A stretch of 64,000 nucleotides of DNA from Macrostomum lignano (taxonomy: Eukaryota), in assembly GCA_002269645.1 (NCBI GenBank), contig NIVC01000474.1, positions 33,006-97,005 on the forward strand. Reading direction: 5' to 3'. The number at the start of each line of letters is the position of its first letter. Position 1 is the stretch's first letter. This document shows positions 48,931-61,554 of this stretch, piece after piece. The notes under the pieces are model-generated. The model saw nothing but the letters and a program-made list of their open reading frames with translations. It did no database searches and was not told the origin of the DNA. The position numbers and the translations under genes were made by a program.

Positions 48931-49768
48931 TCGTGGCCTCGGGTCCTGCGTCGCCTTACAGACGCCCCCGCGCGTACTATCCCAATTAATGGTAGGTAAA
49001 TATGAAGCAAGACTGCACCTGAGCTGATCACTAAAGCCGGTTCGGCACGCGCCCGTGAAAACCAAGTCAATGCTGTTAAAAATAATCTTTCAAATACAAC
49101 AAGAGAACTGATAAATGTGTAATTAAAATGGGTTAACATAAGACGCCTTAGCGTGTGCAAGCGAGCATGGGTTGTGAGCTATCACCGGAATAAGCATGCC
49201 GATCGTTGAAGACCCGCAATGGCTCGCTAATTTCGGTTCAGTTGCTTTGCGTCTCGCTAAACGACGAAATTGCCTTTCTTTTGGTATCCGATTGCTCGTG
49301 GGACTTTCTCGAAAATGTTATGAGGTTTAAGTAATGAGGCCTCCGTAATGTAGATGGTGTAAAGAATTCATTGTTGTACCTCTAATTCGTTTCTGTTCCG
49401 GATCATTGGGTTCTTCATCTTCAATGCCTCATAGTCGTAGCTGTGAGAGCATCAGAACATTCAACAAAAAATACAAAAGCGAAATATCTCAAAAGAAAAT
49501 TAACCCATTTTAAAGATGCTTGCTGCTTGCTGCAGGTTAAAAAGCCTGTTGTTTTATTTTGTCATCAAAGCGTTTTCCTACTGACTGAAAGAAATAAACA
49601 CAGAAACGTATATATTTTTTCCGCCAAGTTGGGGTTCGGGGAAGTTGACAATAAAACCGCGGTAACAATTTCAATAGTTGGAATTAGGAGTGTTTTACTC
49701 GGTAAATCAAGATTCAAAGGATTTGCTTAGCAGACAGAGCAAGTTAAACAGTTAGTCCGGTGCTAAGT

Positions 49769-50047
49769 TCATGGCTGCACGTAACCCCCGTGCATCTCGC
49801 TCTCCGGGACGAGCGGCTGGCAGCCGGGCCTCAGCTGGATGCAGTGCTCATTGTTCATCAGCCAGATAAGCTTCTGGTACATTAGCGCGGCCGAGGGTCG
49901 CTCGGGCGCTCCCCCGACAGACCTGGGATGCGGTGGCGAGTCCATCCCGAACGGGTCGGCGCCGAAGGCGCTCCGTTTGGTCGAAGCGGCGGCGGCGCCG
50001 AGAGCGCACAGAGCGGCAAGGATGATCAGACAGTTGCGAGCCTGCAT
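49769..50047 (-). CDS. Small secreted peptide or neuropeptide-like precursor, 92 aa
   Basis: ATG start; hydrophobic signal peptide MQARNCLIILAALCALGAAAA; KR site; C-x6-C pair (CIQLRPGC); GC-rich coding composition; CATAAATA about 110 bp upstream. Confidence 0.7.
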   Translation of the reverse strand: MQARNCLIILAALCALGAAAASTKRSAFGADPFGMDSPPHPRSVGGAPERPSAALMYQKLIWLMNNEHCIQLRPGCQPLVPESEMHGGYVQP

Positions 50048-53000
50048 CTTCTATTGACAAGATTGTCTGGTTTTATTGCGTTGCGATTGAGCTTCCGTTT
50101 CGATTAGCAATGATCGGCGACTTTGGACTGTAGCGACTGGGGCCTACGTGGCTCTATTTATGCTGGGAGAGGCTTGGCGAGTTTCCACCTCAGGACCAAT
50201 GGCGGAGGCTTGAACTATGGACAGATCGAGTAGTATAGGACGCGATACACTGGCAGAGCGGCTTTGACTAGAGACCAGTCGAGCTGATAGGGGAATCTAC
50301 CCATTTTAGCATTCAACTGGCAATGGAAGCGTATCCCTCTCAACTTCCGAATTTAAAATTTAGCTGGAAGATTGATCCAGCCTGCGGCGCCAAAATGAGT
50401 GCCTGTGGCGCTAAATTGAATGCCTGCGGCGCAAAAATGAGTGCCTGTGGCTCTAAAATGAGTGCTAACAACTACGATTCTCAAAATATTGTAGGAATAT
50501 AGTCATGCAGAATTCTTGGCCTTGTCCCCCCACCACATAATCCATGGCGACCCTCCTGGTTTGTAGAGTTTCGATTTCTCTTTAATGGAAATGCACACTT
50601 TCGGAAAAAGTTTCCGAAATAGGTTTTTTTGAGTTTTTTTTCCCGCAACTCATTTTAAAATTCCGTAATTGTATCCAGCAAGCCAGACTCCAAACGCAGA
50701 AAAATGATGACGTCTTCATTCCTCTCAATCACTTTCATTCCTGCCTGCTAATTCATACATGTATTTCTTTTCTAATAAAAGTCACCAGCAATATCCGGAA
50801 GATTTCCTGATTTCCTGCAAATTTCCTGTCAACTTTGTCCGAACCAAGCCTGACTTTCTCTATTGTTCCATTGTCAGGCTTAGATCAGAGACCGACACGA
50901 TCTGGTGAGATGAGTCTTTGACTTCCTCACTGTCCATTGTGTTTCAGCAGAATTGGCAGAAAATAAGTACAAGAGATGAACTAAAAGTTCTTGGAATTCT
51001 ATTTAAAGCAAGATAGAGAGACAGAGTATTGGGAATTTATTCATGATTTTTTACCCAATCTTTTGAGCCGTGCAGATTGATGCAATCAAGGTGAACTCCC
51101 CCTCAGCGGAAAACTTGAGTTGATAAAAGCGCATGGAACAGATAAGTTGGATGGGCTTAAAACTTCCTGTCACCGAATCAAGTATCTTGGAGAGTCTAAT
51201 TTTAGTTGAGAGTGCTTCAGTCAACGCTAGGCTTCCTTTGTCTCAGCCAGTTAATCATTGCAACCAGAGCAAGGCCTGTGTTTTAAACAAACCAGAGTTT
51301 AAAATTAATTAGTTCCCGCGGGCTAAATTTATATTCCTTGCCGTTATATTTGAGTCTTTGATCGCACCAGCTCGCATTGTGGCAAGGAAGTCCACAGAAT
51401 CATTAATGCATTTTGAATTAACTAGAAATGATTTATCAAAAGACAGTTTTTTCGCTACTCAAATGGACTAAGCAAGTTCAGTAGAGATGCGGGTAATTTT
51501 CGAAGCTATTCTTGTCTTATGAAAAGAGCTCTGTGATAAAAAAGTAGCAAAATTCCAGACTGTTCCGTACATATAAAACGCATATAGTTCTTTTTTTCTC
51601 ATTGATTCAGTACGAGGTATATACTGTATGCCAAATTCCAGATCTTTGTCAGGGATCAGGACGAGAGTCCGTTTCTAAGCAGTTGCGTCGCGGAAAACTG
51701 CTAGGATTATCTCAATCCGGCCCAGCGCAGACCAGGTGCTGCCTTAATCCGTTAGTCAATAAAATGATTGCAGAATTGACTGTGCTGACAGAAACTTCTC
51801 TCAAAACAGAGAGCGCAAAATGCATATTTGATAAACATTTTTTCAGCTAAATAAAGACGATCTTTCGAGTAAATTCGATTGAATTTATCCAGCAGAAAGG
51901 TGGAATTGATAGTTTATTCTTTAGTTTCTGAATAACATTCGGAGATCCGGTAAGCCATTACATACGCTCGTATACTTGTTTGCTATGCTTTAACTGGGTA
52001 GTTGATAGTGGGTGCGCGAGTCAACGGACAACTGAAATTAAAAGACGCTTACACTCGGTTTTCTTAGAAATGAGCCAGAGTAAACGTACATTTATCGTAT
52101 CGCTATACTATTTTAGCGCTGAATGGGGTTTTGCCATAGACAAATTCGGTTTCTCGTGAGAAAAACTGTGCAAATACTGTGCAAAACTGACTGCTCCTGT
52201 TTCCTAGAAACTGCACGTGCTGATAGTCAACATTCATAAGTTTTGTTTCCTGCAGTTCTTATTTCAATTCGTGCGTCCGTTCATGAGCAACAGCAGTCAA
52301 AACTGGCTGAAATCGCCACTGTAAGACTGGGTGAATGCCACAGACAAGAGGATGCAACAAGCAGTGAAAGAGCGAGAGAGCAGTAGCAGCATCAGCAGCA
52401 GTTGCCTGAAACATGGCGTGCAAATTTAACGAAGAGTGCCAATGATGGTCACCAACTGCGTCATCGTTAATTGTTTGAAATGTTGCACTGACTGCTGCAG
52501 ATGCAGTCCATAGCTTGTTAAATTTTTAGTATATGGATTTTAACGTGTTAACTTGTTGGGCACTAGTGCAGTTTTGGGCCATAGATAACTCAAAAGGTAG
52601 ACTTCTTTGCCACGTCTTTATCACACAAATCATCAATTCAAATCCTCGGCACTGGCGCGAATTCAAATGAAAAATAATTTCGCGAACGAAACTGCACTAG
52701 TGCCACTTGTTGCAGAAGTGCAGCTTGTTAAATCAATCGAATAAGAAATAAGCCTCTTGTCTGTGGCATTCACCCATTCTGAGAGGCTGCTGCTGGCATC
52801 CTTTTTTGTGCTGATGTCTATGGCCGAATTCTGAACTTGCTTGCCTTTTCCGTCTATGTTTATGGGCAAGACCAAATCTACTACGCTCGTACTGCCGAAT
52901 GGGAATTCTCTATAAACTTGTCTGACTGACAACAGCAATACTAAATGCACATAGCAATGCGAAAAATATAGATTCCTTGCCGACTCTGAGCTGATTTCTA

Positions 53001-53367
53001 AGAAAATCAAGTTTTGCGTCCTCCTAATTCAGCCGTCCATGCCGCGCAAAATGGAGACAGTTGTTACTTGGCTCCTCGCTGGTAGCGGGGGTCGAAATTC
53101 GCTTCGATCAGTGGGCCCAAAATGACCCAATATCCTTCTGAGTATTTCTTTAACTTACTTAACTCAGCTTCAGGGGCTCTGGGCATCTTGATGCAACTCT
53201 TTCTCTCACTCCTGACGGTAAATTACTCAAAAATTCTGTAATTTAAAAAAGACTGACAGCAATAGCTTCACGATCCCAGTTGAAGCGCTCGACGATGTTT
53301 AACTTTGACATCAAAATTAAAAAAAATCGAACCGATCAACAGAGCTCTCAGCAAGTTCAAGCCCCGA

Positions 53368-56300
53368 ATGGCGTTAGCTGCGGCGGTCAGCTTCTGTATT
53401 GGCCTGATCTGCCTAACGGCTGGTTCATCTTACGGCGCATCGATTCGTTGCACATTCGACGGGGTGCAGATTCCTGTTAATGACACGTACACGTATCTTC
53501 AAGGCTGCCACGAGATTACCTGCGTCTGCGATCCCAACCTGCAGCAGATGTGCAAGAGTGTGCCGAGTGAGTATCTACGAGTTATCTTCATGTATCTACC
53601 TATGAACTGCTCTAATTCTATTCACTAAACCTCATCCATAGAGGGCTGTCTGCATCCGCTGGGCACATGCGTGGACGAGAATGCGCGCTACGAAATGAAC
53701 ACAACGCGAGGAGTTCACGAGTGCATCTGTCGGCGAGAGATAGACGGCAAGAGTCTTGTCGGAACTGAGTGCACTATCAGTGAGTAGCACTCTTTTAAGC
53801 TGTACCGTATCTTCTAAGCTCTTATGGGTTATCATAAAAGCTCGTTGCAGCTTCCACTCTGTCTGCTTCAACAATTAGCCTCTAGACTATCATCTGACAT
53901 CAAAGTCGAAGTCGAACAAGCTTTGCAAGAAGAATTCGGATTTCAAACTCTGGAATCATTCTTCTCATCGCTTTATTGCATCTTTGCCGTGATCAAGTAG
54001 AACCACAATTAGAATTCAATGGCTGTATTCCTTGCCTAGTTGTCTCGCTCACTGCAGCGGAAGTATTCTGCTTGACTTCTTCCCAGGGTATTTTCAAACT
54101 ATGACTTGCTTTTTAGTCTTTACAAACATCAGTAAGAATTTTTTGGGGAAGGGGGGCATCACAAACCCGAAAAATCACAACTCCGAAATATCATAACTTT
54201 AAAATTGCTAGCAATGTCCTTTTCGCTTTCGGAGTTATGGAGTCCGTTAATGATCACTTCTGTCCTGTACCCACTAGAGCGATGTCTGGACGTTGACGGC
54301 ACGTACAAAAGCGTCGGCGAGCGAGTCACCGTGTCGCTTAGCGGCACATTGTTTGAGTGCACCTGCGGCGGCCGCATGGATTATTGCAACTGTTCGACTT
54401 TGGAGTCGATTCGTAACGCTGACAAATGCCTGGACGTCAATGGGCATTACATCCAGTCTGGTCACCGGGTTGTTACGCAAAGTGAAAATGGTGAATTTCT
54501 AATTTGCACTTGTCGCGGCAGTTCCGGTTACTCTGACTGCATGACCCAGGCCGAGTACGACCATCAGGATATGTGCCAGGGCAAGGACCACCAGTGGGTT
54601 ACCAAGGGCAGCGAATTACGGATCGAATTTCAAGGCGATGATTACATCTGTCGGTGCAACGGTACCAACAAGCACGCCGGATGTCGCCTAGCAGACGAGG
54701 ACGCGAACAAGTACCGGGGCCGCTGCCAAGACTACCATGGCCGGTTGGTTAAGGCTGGCGGCTACGTTCGGATTCTTCGCGGCGGTGCTGTGTTCGTCTG
54801 CCACTGCACTGGTACGAACACACACGAGGGCTGCCTAACGGAGCAGGCTTTTTCGCACAGAGATGACTGCATCGATCTTAGCGGTGGCTATGTTAAGCGC
54901 GGCCGACTGGTGCGTATTCTCAACAACGAGAACGTGATTGTTTGCACCTGTAAAGGCTCGTCAGGTTATTCGGACTGCCAGTCAGAGCAGGATTATAGCA
55001 CGCGAAATCAATGCAAAGGTGCCGATGGAAAATTTGTATCCAAGGGCCGCAAAGTACGAATAGTCAGCGAGGGTATAAGCTACGTTTGCCACTGCGCTGG
55101 AGCGGCAGGCTACAAGAACTGCTTGACAGAGGAGGCTTACATGAACAAGGGCAAGTGCAAGGACGTAAACGGGCAGTATGTTGACAGAGGCAAAGAAGTC
55201 GTGGTGTTTCACCACAGCATCCTGTATCAGTGTAAATGCATTGGAACCAACAGGTACCAGCAATGCAAGGACTACAACGCGATCGTCAACGCTGATAAAT
55301 GCAAGAACTACAACGATACTTACGTAGAGGCGGGACAGATTGTGGTAATTAAAAGCTCCACAAATACAACTTTTTACTGTGAGTGCATGGGCAGCCAAGG
55401 ATATAAAAACTGCTTGACTAAAGAAATATTCGACAATATCAACAGATGTCAGAGTGCTAACGGTTCCTACGTTGAAATAGGCGAGGTTGTAGAATACAAG
55501 GTGTCAGGAACCATCTACGTTTGCGAGTGCAACGGGACAAACAAGTACAAAGATTGTCTATCAAAAGATGCATATTTGAATCGCGACCGATGTCGAGATG
55601 TCGACGGCAAGTATGTCGGCCGAGGTGAAGCAGTCCGAGTGTTGTCAGGTACCGAAGTCTACATTTGCCAGTGCCACGGTAGTAAAGGCATCGCCGAGTG
55701 CATGAGCAACGAAACTTACTACCATCGAGGCATGTGCAAGGACCTGGAGGGAAACTTCCTTCCAAAAGGCGAGAAGATCTCTATTGAGCAGAATGAAATC
55801 ATCTATGTCTGCGATTGCATCGGCAATAACACTTACAAAAACTGTAAGACAATAGAGGCATTTCAAAACGCTGGCCGTTGCAAAGGACACAACGGATCTT
55901 ACACAGATATTGGCGAGCCTGTAGCTGTAAAACATGATAATTATATCTTTGTGTGTATCTGCAATGGCACGAATAATTACATTCAATGTATGCTCGAGGA
56001 GACATGGAACAACCAAAATAAGTGCAAAGACATAGATGGAATTTATGTTAGCGAAGATGAACTCGTCAAGCATCAAGTAGGGGCCAAAATTTATGTTTGC
56101 CACTGCAAAGGAACAAATAAGTATGCTAACTGCGTTCCACAGGACGTCTTCAATAATCGCGGAAAGTGCCGCGATCGTGATGGAGATTACGTAGAACCTG
56201 GAAAGAAGGTCCGAATACGTCACGGAAAAAGGCGCTACGTTTGCGATTGCGAAGGTGAGAATCTCTACAAACAATGCGTCACTGAAGATCAATTTGAGAA

Positions 56301-58201
56301 CAGAGAAAATTGCATTGGTAGCGATGGTGAATATGTACTTCGGATGAGAAGGTAAAGGTTGAAGTAGAGCAGGAATCATACGTGTGCACCTGCAAGGGAG
56401 CAATGGGTTATAGCGACTGTGTGAGTGAAGAATCGCTGCTACATAAGGACCAGTGCAAGGATGCTGTTAGTAAGAACTATTCAAAACGAGGTGAGAAAGT
56501 GCGGGTCCGGTGCGAGAAACAAAGTATTATCTTCATATGCGAATGCGCCGGCTCTAATCAGTACCGAAACTGCGTGACGGAGTTGAGCGTTAAAAACCAA
56601 GGCAAATGCAAAGATAAAAACGGCACGTTTGTTCCGCAGGGCCAGCTTGTTCGGCACATCGTCTCTGAGACTTTGTATGTATGCAACTGCGGCGGCACAA
56701 ATAGGTACCTGGACTGCATGACCGAGACGCAGTACAACAACAGACACAAGTGCCGTGGCATGGATGAAAACTACGTCGAGGAAGGTCAAATGGTAGTTGT
56801 TAAGTCCGGAGCAGACGTATTTGTTTGCATTTGCAACGGTAGCGACGGATTCAGGAACTGTGTGACAAACGAGACTTATCACAATAGGGACAAGTGCCGT
56901 GACCTTCATGGTAACTACGTTGGAAAAGGTGAAAAAGTTTCAATTGAGCGCGAAAATCAAATTTACGTTTGCAATTGCGGAGGCAATAATGCTTATAAGA
57001 ACTGCCAAACATTAGAGGCATTTGAAAACAATGGCCGTTGTAAAGGTTACAATGAGTCGTACGTGGACGCGGGAGAGCCTGTTGTCGTGAAGCAAGACCA
57101 GTACACCTATGTATGCATTTGCAACGGTACAAACAAATTTGTTCAGTGCATGCAAGAGGAGGTCTGGAGAAATAAGAACAAATGCAGAGATATCGATGGT
57201 AGCTACGTTGAAGAGGATGATCGAGTAAATTACCGGTACAATAACAAATCTACGTTTGTCGTTGCAAAGGAACAAACAGGTACGCCGACTGTGTCACCAA
57301 AGAGGCTTTTGAAAACCAAGGCAAATGCCGAGCAAGTGACGGCAGCTATGCTGCACCGGGACAAACCGTCCGTGTTGAGCATGGAGGCAAGGCGTACATC
57401 TGCTTATGCGAAGGTCACAATCAGTACGGCAAGTGCATGACTGAAGAGACTTACGCTAATCGTGAGAGGTGCAAGGGCAGCGATGGTATCTATGTCGACA
57501 AGGGACAGAAAGTAAAGGTCAATGTTGAGCACTTGGTATACGTGTGCGTCTGCAAAGGCCAAATGGGCTACAGTGATTGTGTAACAGAGGAGTCCCTACT
57601 GCATCAGGACCAGTGCAAGGACGTGGTTAGCGGGGAATTCATTAGTAAAGGGGACAACGTACGAATACGGTGCGATCAGAAAAGTGCTGTATTTGTCTGC
57701 GAATGTATTGGCACCGATCAGTATAGAGGATGCGTGACGGAGGAGAGCATAAAGAACAGAGGCAAGTGTAAGGACGACAATGGCACATACGTATCTCAAG
57801 GACAAAATGTGGCGAGAACAGCCGATGGGAAAACCTTCATTTGCGTGTGCCAGGGCACAAACAACTATGGCAACTGCATGACGGAGGAGGACTACGTGAA
57901 TCGGGATAAGTGCAAGGATCATCGTAGTGGGAGGTACATTGACTACGGGGACACCGTGACAGTGCTATACGCCGGCAAAGTTTGGATCTGTGTATGCGCT
58001 AAAGGTCCGCAGTACACCCAGTGCCAACCGGAAGCGACGGAGGAAGACTCGAATACGTCTGGCTGTAAGGACAAGCACGGCAATTGGATAAAGGCTGGGG
58101 ATTACTACCAGATCATGTCGAGAGGCGTCGCCTACAGCTGCCGATGCAAAGGCAACAATGTTGCTGTTGACTGCGAATGTAAGCTGGGCGGTTGCGTCTG
58201 A
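53368..58201 (+). CDS. Secreted cysteine-rich protein with 27 tandem ~48-aa FN1-like modules, about 1374 aa if two 1-nt deletions are corrected; exons 53368-53566 and 54278-58201
   Basis: Signal-like MALAAAVSFCIGLICLTAGSSYG; phase-1 intron GTGAGT...CTAG; module pattern C-x24-C-x-C-x8-C continues through ORFs 54205..56355, 56382..57440 and 57437..58201, with frame breaks near 56340 and 57247. Confidence 0.87.
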
Positions 58202-58784
58202 AATTATTTTTGTTAATTTTTCTTAAATTTAATGAAATTCATATTATACTTACAAACACCTAAATGTATTGTCTTTCAGTTGCCCAAAGCAATGAAGACA
58301 GTAACTCTCAGTGGAAAGGAGGCCGGTGAACTATTTTTTAATGCATCAATATGCCTAAATTACTCCCATTGGTGGAAGACTTTACTCCTATTGTCAATGC
58401 TGACAGTCTAAATTTGTGTTGGTGACTGGTTCCTTGTTTTTATTTTGAATCTAATACTACGGACGTACACTATTATTATAGACAATTTTATTCAACGTAT
58501 CCTTACTAAATACTACTTTTCAGTAATAGAATTCAAATATTCCAATGTTTAAATAACTGAATTCTGAGCAAACAATTTAATTCGGTTAGAGAATTTAAAA
58601 AATCAAGAATGATTTGAAAGAAAAAATATATTGAGTGGTTGATAGTCGTGAAAATAACAAACGAAACCTAACGAATTTTTTTTCAATTTCAAACAAATAA
58701 ATAGTTAAACAGATTGATAAGCGCTATTTTCAACGCTGATAGGAATAGCAAACAAAATATCAAAAACCCAGTTTAGCAAGTACG

Positions 58785-61554
58785 TTATTTCTCCCTGCCT
58801 GCCCGAGCCGCGGCGGCAACAGCCCTGCCAGCCAGATATTGGCCCCAGTGGCAGGCCAGATCATGCGGCGTCCATTGTTCCAAGCTGTCAATAGCGTTGA
58901 GCGCGGCAAACACCTTGGCGTTGGCTTCATCACCCGGCGCAAAAACAGGCCCGGCAGCAGCGGGCCCGTCGTCTACCGAGGAGCCGGTATCCGGTGCGGT
59001 ATTGTCGCCTGACTCAGCAGCAGCCGTTACGTTCACTGGCAACAGAAGGTCGTCGCAGGCGTAGCCCCTGGCAACCAACGCATCAGCGAGGTGCTCCGTC
59101 GGACCCAGGGCAAAGTAGGCAGCCGGGCCGGTTGGAGTGGAAGCGGATGGAGTCGCGTCGTCGCCTTGTATGTTTGTTGCACCAGTTGATGTACCCACAT
59201 TCGCTGCCAGTTGCTGATGCTTACCAGGGCGACGACGTTGGCGTCTGAAAATCGCGATGTGCCAGCATGAAGCATGAAACAAACGCATTTTGGCTCAACT
59301 GATATGTACAGAAAGGTTCTACAATGGTGTACTTTCTGCTAGACTCTATCGGTGCGGATCGATTAAAGTATCTAACAAGCAGTATCTAACATTTACCTAA
59401 CAAGAAGAACGAGACCTCGCTGACGCAGCAGCTTTACGAGACTGCAAAATTTGGCAACGGATTCATTCTCGGCAGCAACTGGCCGAAGCAGTACCGGCCA
59501 GCCAAATAAATGAGCTGGCGATAGACGTGTAAGGCTGGCCAAGCCGCAGGCTTCCAGGTGAACTTCATTGCTAGCGTCTAGCTCAGTGGTGCTGGATACC
59601 AGTCGGCTAAGCCTGGTGGGCGGACCGAACAGGGGCTGGAACGCGTCCAGCACAGCTGGTTCGGAGAGCAGGCCGGGGTTTAGCACCACTTCTGATAGGC
59701 GGAAATTTAGAAAGCGTTCTTTTTCAAAGCCGTTACTAGGGAATATTAGACGGTTGCTAGGCCGCTCCTGTTAATTTTGATTAACAAATGAATAGCATCA
59801 ATGTGTAGTAGGGCAGATATGCTTTTACGCTACTATCAGTAGTTCTAGCCAGGGAAAATAATTATGGTGGGGTTAGATCGTGAATTCGGGACTGTCTTGG
59901 CAAGAGTACCCGGGGTCTGGTAGGTGGGGAGGCTCCTCCGGGTGGCCACGGCCGTGGGGAGGTCTTCGGACCACTTTTTGGCATTTTCTAACCCAGGAGA
60001 AGGCACGGGCTGCCCCCGAGGTTCACTTAACCTCTGCCAGCCCCGGGGAGGTTTAGATAAGCCTATTGGGTTTGGGGTAGGCGTACGCTCGGAGGGTCGG
60101 GGGTAGGGCCCGCTCTCGGCCTGACTGGCGCCGCTTGCCCGGCTCGATGTACAGTCCTCTTAGTTCTAATTAGGATTTAAGTGTACATTAGTACACTCCC
60201 AACCTGGAACCTATATCTCTCTAGTGGCGTAAGAGCCTGTTCAATGACTGAGGCGCCGGATTTACTTATTTAGTTAGTTAGTTGAGCTCCTGGGTAACCA
60301 ACATCGAACAACAAATATAAATATTAGCGTAATAGCCCTGGCTTAGGGGCTGAAGCGCTCATACATATAAAACAAAAAACAAATTGAGCTCCGGGAAAAA
60401 ACCCGTTGTTGGTTTCCAAGTTGGTTTTAGTCTTGAAGCCAAATTCTAACTTGGGAATAATAGGTAGAGTTGGGGAATACGTAAAACTGCTACAGGTAGT
60501 CGATGCCGATGCCCATAACACTGTACAAAAGCAGTCGACGCCTAACTAAATCTGCACCAATTTAAGGAAAGTAATTGTAATAACTATTGCATGCTCATTT
60601 CTACGTTTATTCAGTTTTTTACCACAAGTTTCCTGCCTTTATTCCTTGATCCCTAAATACTAGGATTAGAGAAAATCAGGTACCTGGTGGCAGCACTCTA
60701 CCCAAATCAAACCAGTTACTGTTAAATCCACTAAGAATAATTATAATAAACCAGTAGCTTAGACCGCAAGGACCACGGCTGCAAACGCATAGTCTGACTT
60801 TTAATTAAGAAATAATGCAGGAACAGCCTCATCTGCATTTAATTTTGACTCAATGAAGTGTGCATAAACTTCGAGATCGCACCGAACTCGTGGCTGACGG
60901 CGGTAATAGCCAAGCTCGCAGCGCCAGGAACAGCTCCGGATCGGCTCGACGCACCGTTGCCACTTCGACAAGCTGGTCAAACTTTTGCTCCGCTGCCTCA
61001 TTTTCACTGGACTCGGCCGTGGTTGATGGCACTCTCTTCGGCGCCGCATAGCCTGGCAAGTGTAGCAGTCGAATTTTGCGACAGTGCCGCAGCAGACTAG
61101 GAAACTGTGGACAGTTGGAGCTGAAACTGCGGCGCAGCCTCAGAATGGTGGCGCTTCGACGCGTCAATAGGCACAGCTCTGCGGAGTCTGACGGAGGTAA
61201 CAACGCTAACTTGACCTGCTGTTCGGCTATCGCCAAAGCCACGTCAATCTCAGAGGCTTCCCCAGCGCCAGCAGCGGTGATTTGGCCATTTTCGAACTGA
61301 AAAAGTTGATGGCCTTCAGCAAGGAGGCGCTCAACAGCTCGACTAGTTGGCTGCAGCTCGAGGACAGCGAGAGCAGCGCTGGGATTGCCGCGCAGGCAGA
61401 TCAGGCAGATGGCGGCTGGCGAGTCGCCGCTGCAGTTGGCGCTCAGACAGAGAAATTCTGTAAAGCCGCTGGCCAGGACTTGCAGATCGGCGTCCGGAAT
61501 GTCCTGTGTGTCCAGCAAGACTATGATGACTCTGCTGGGACTGCTTTGGTGGGC
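58785..61554 (-). CDS. M1AP: Meiosis 1 associated protein (M1AP)-like; exons about 61554-60870, 59691-59397, 59244-58785; first exon not located; frame problem near 60870-60900
   Basis: Colinear matches to human M1AP as recalled: FLALRAWL/FFKAWL, VRCDLE/LKCDLQ, HLFGWPVLLRP/LTYGLPFILRP, FCSLVKLLRQRGLVLLVR/FHALCHSLLKREWLLLAK, YFALGP/FYVIMP, DDLLLP/RELMLP. Phase-2 join at 59397/59244. Confidence 0.72.
59870..60290 (+). mobile_element. GC-rich insertion with a (TTAG)n-like 3' tail in the M1AP intron; probable retroposon
   Basis: Abrupt GC-rich block in an AT-rich intron ending in ...TTACTTATTTAGTTAGTTAGTT. Confidence 0.4.

Noticed and set aside
49815-49845. Naming the small peptide allatostatin-C or somatostatin
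   Set aside because: Only the C-x6-C spacing is shared; the diagnostic aromatic core is missing and the ring is not C-terminal.
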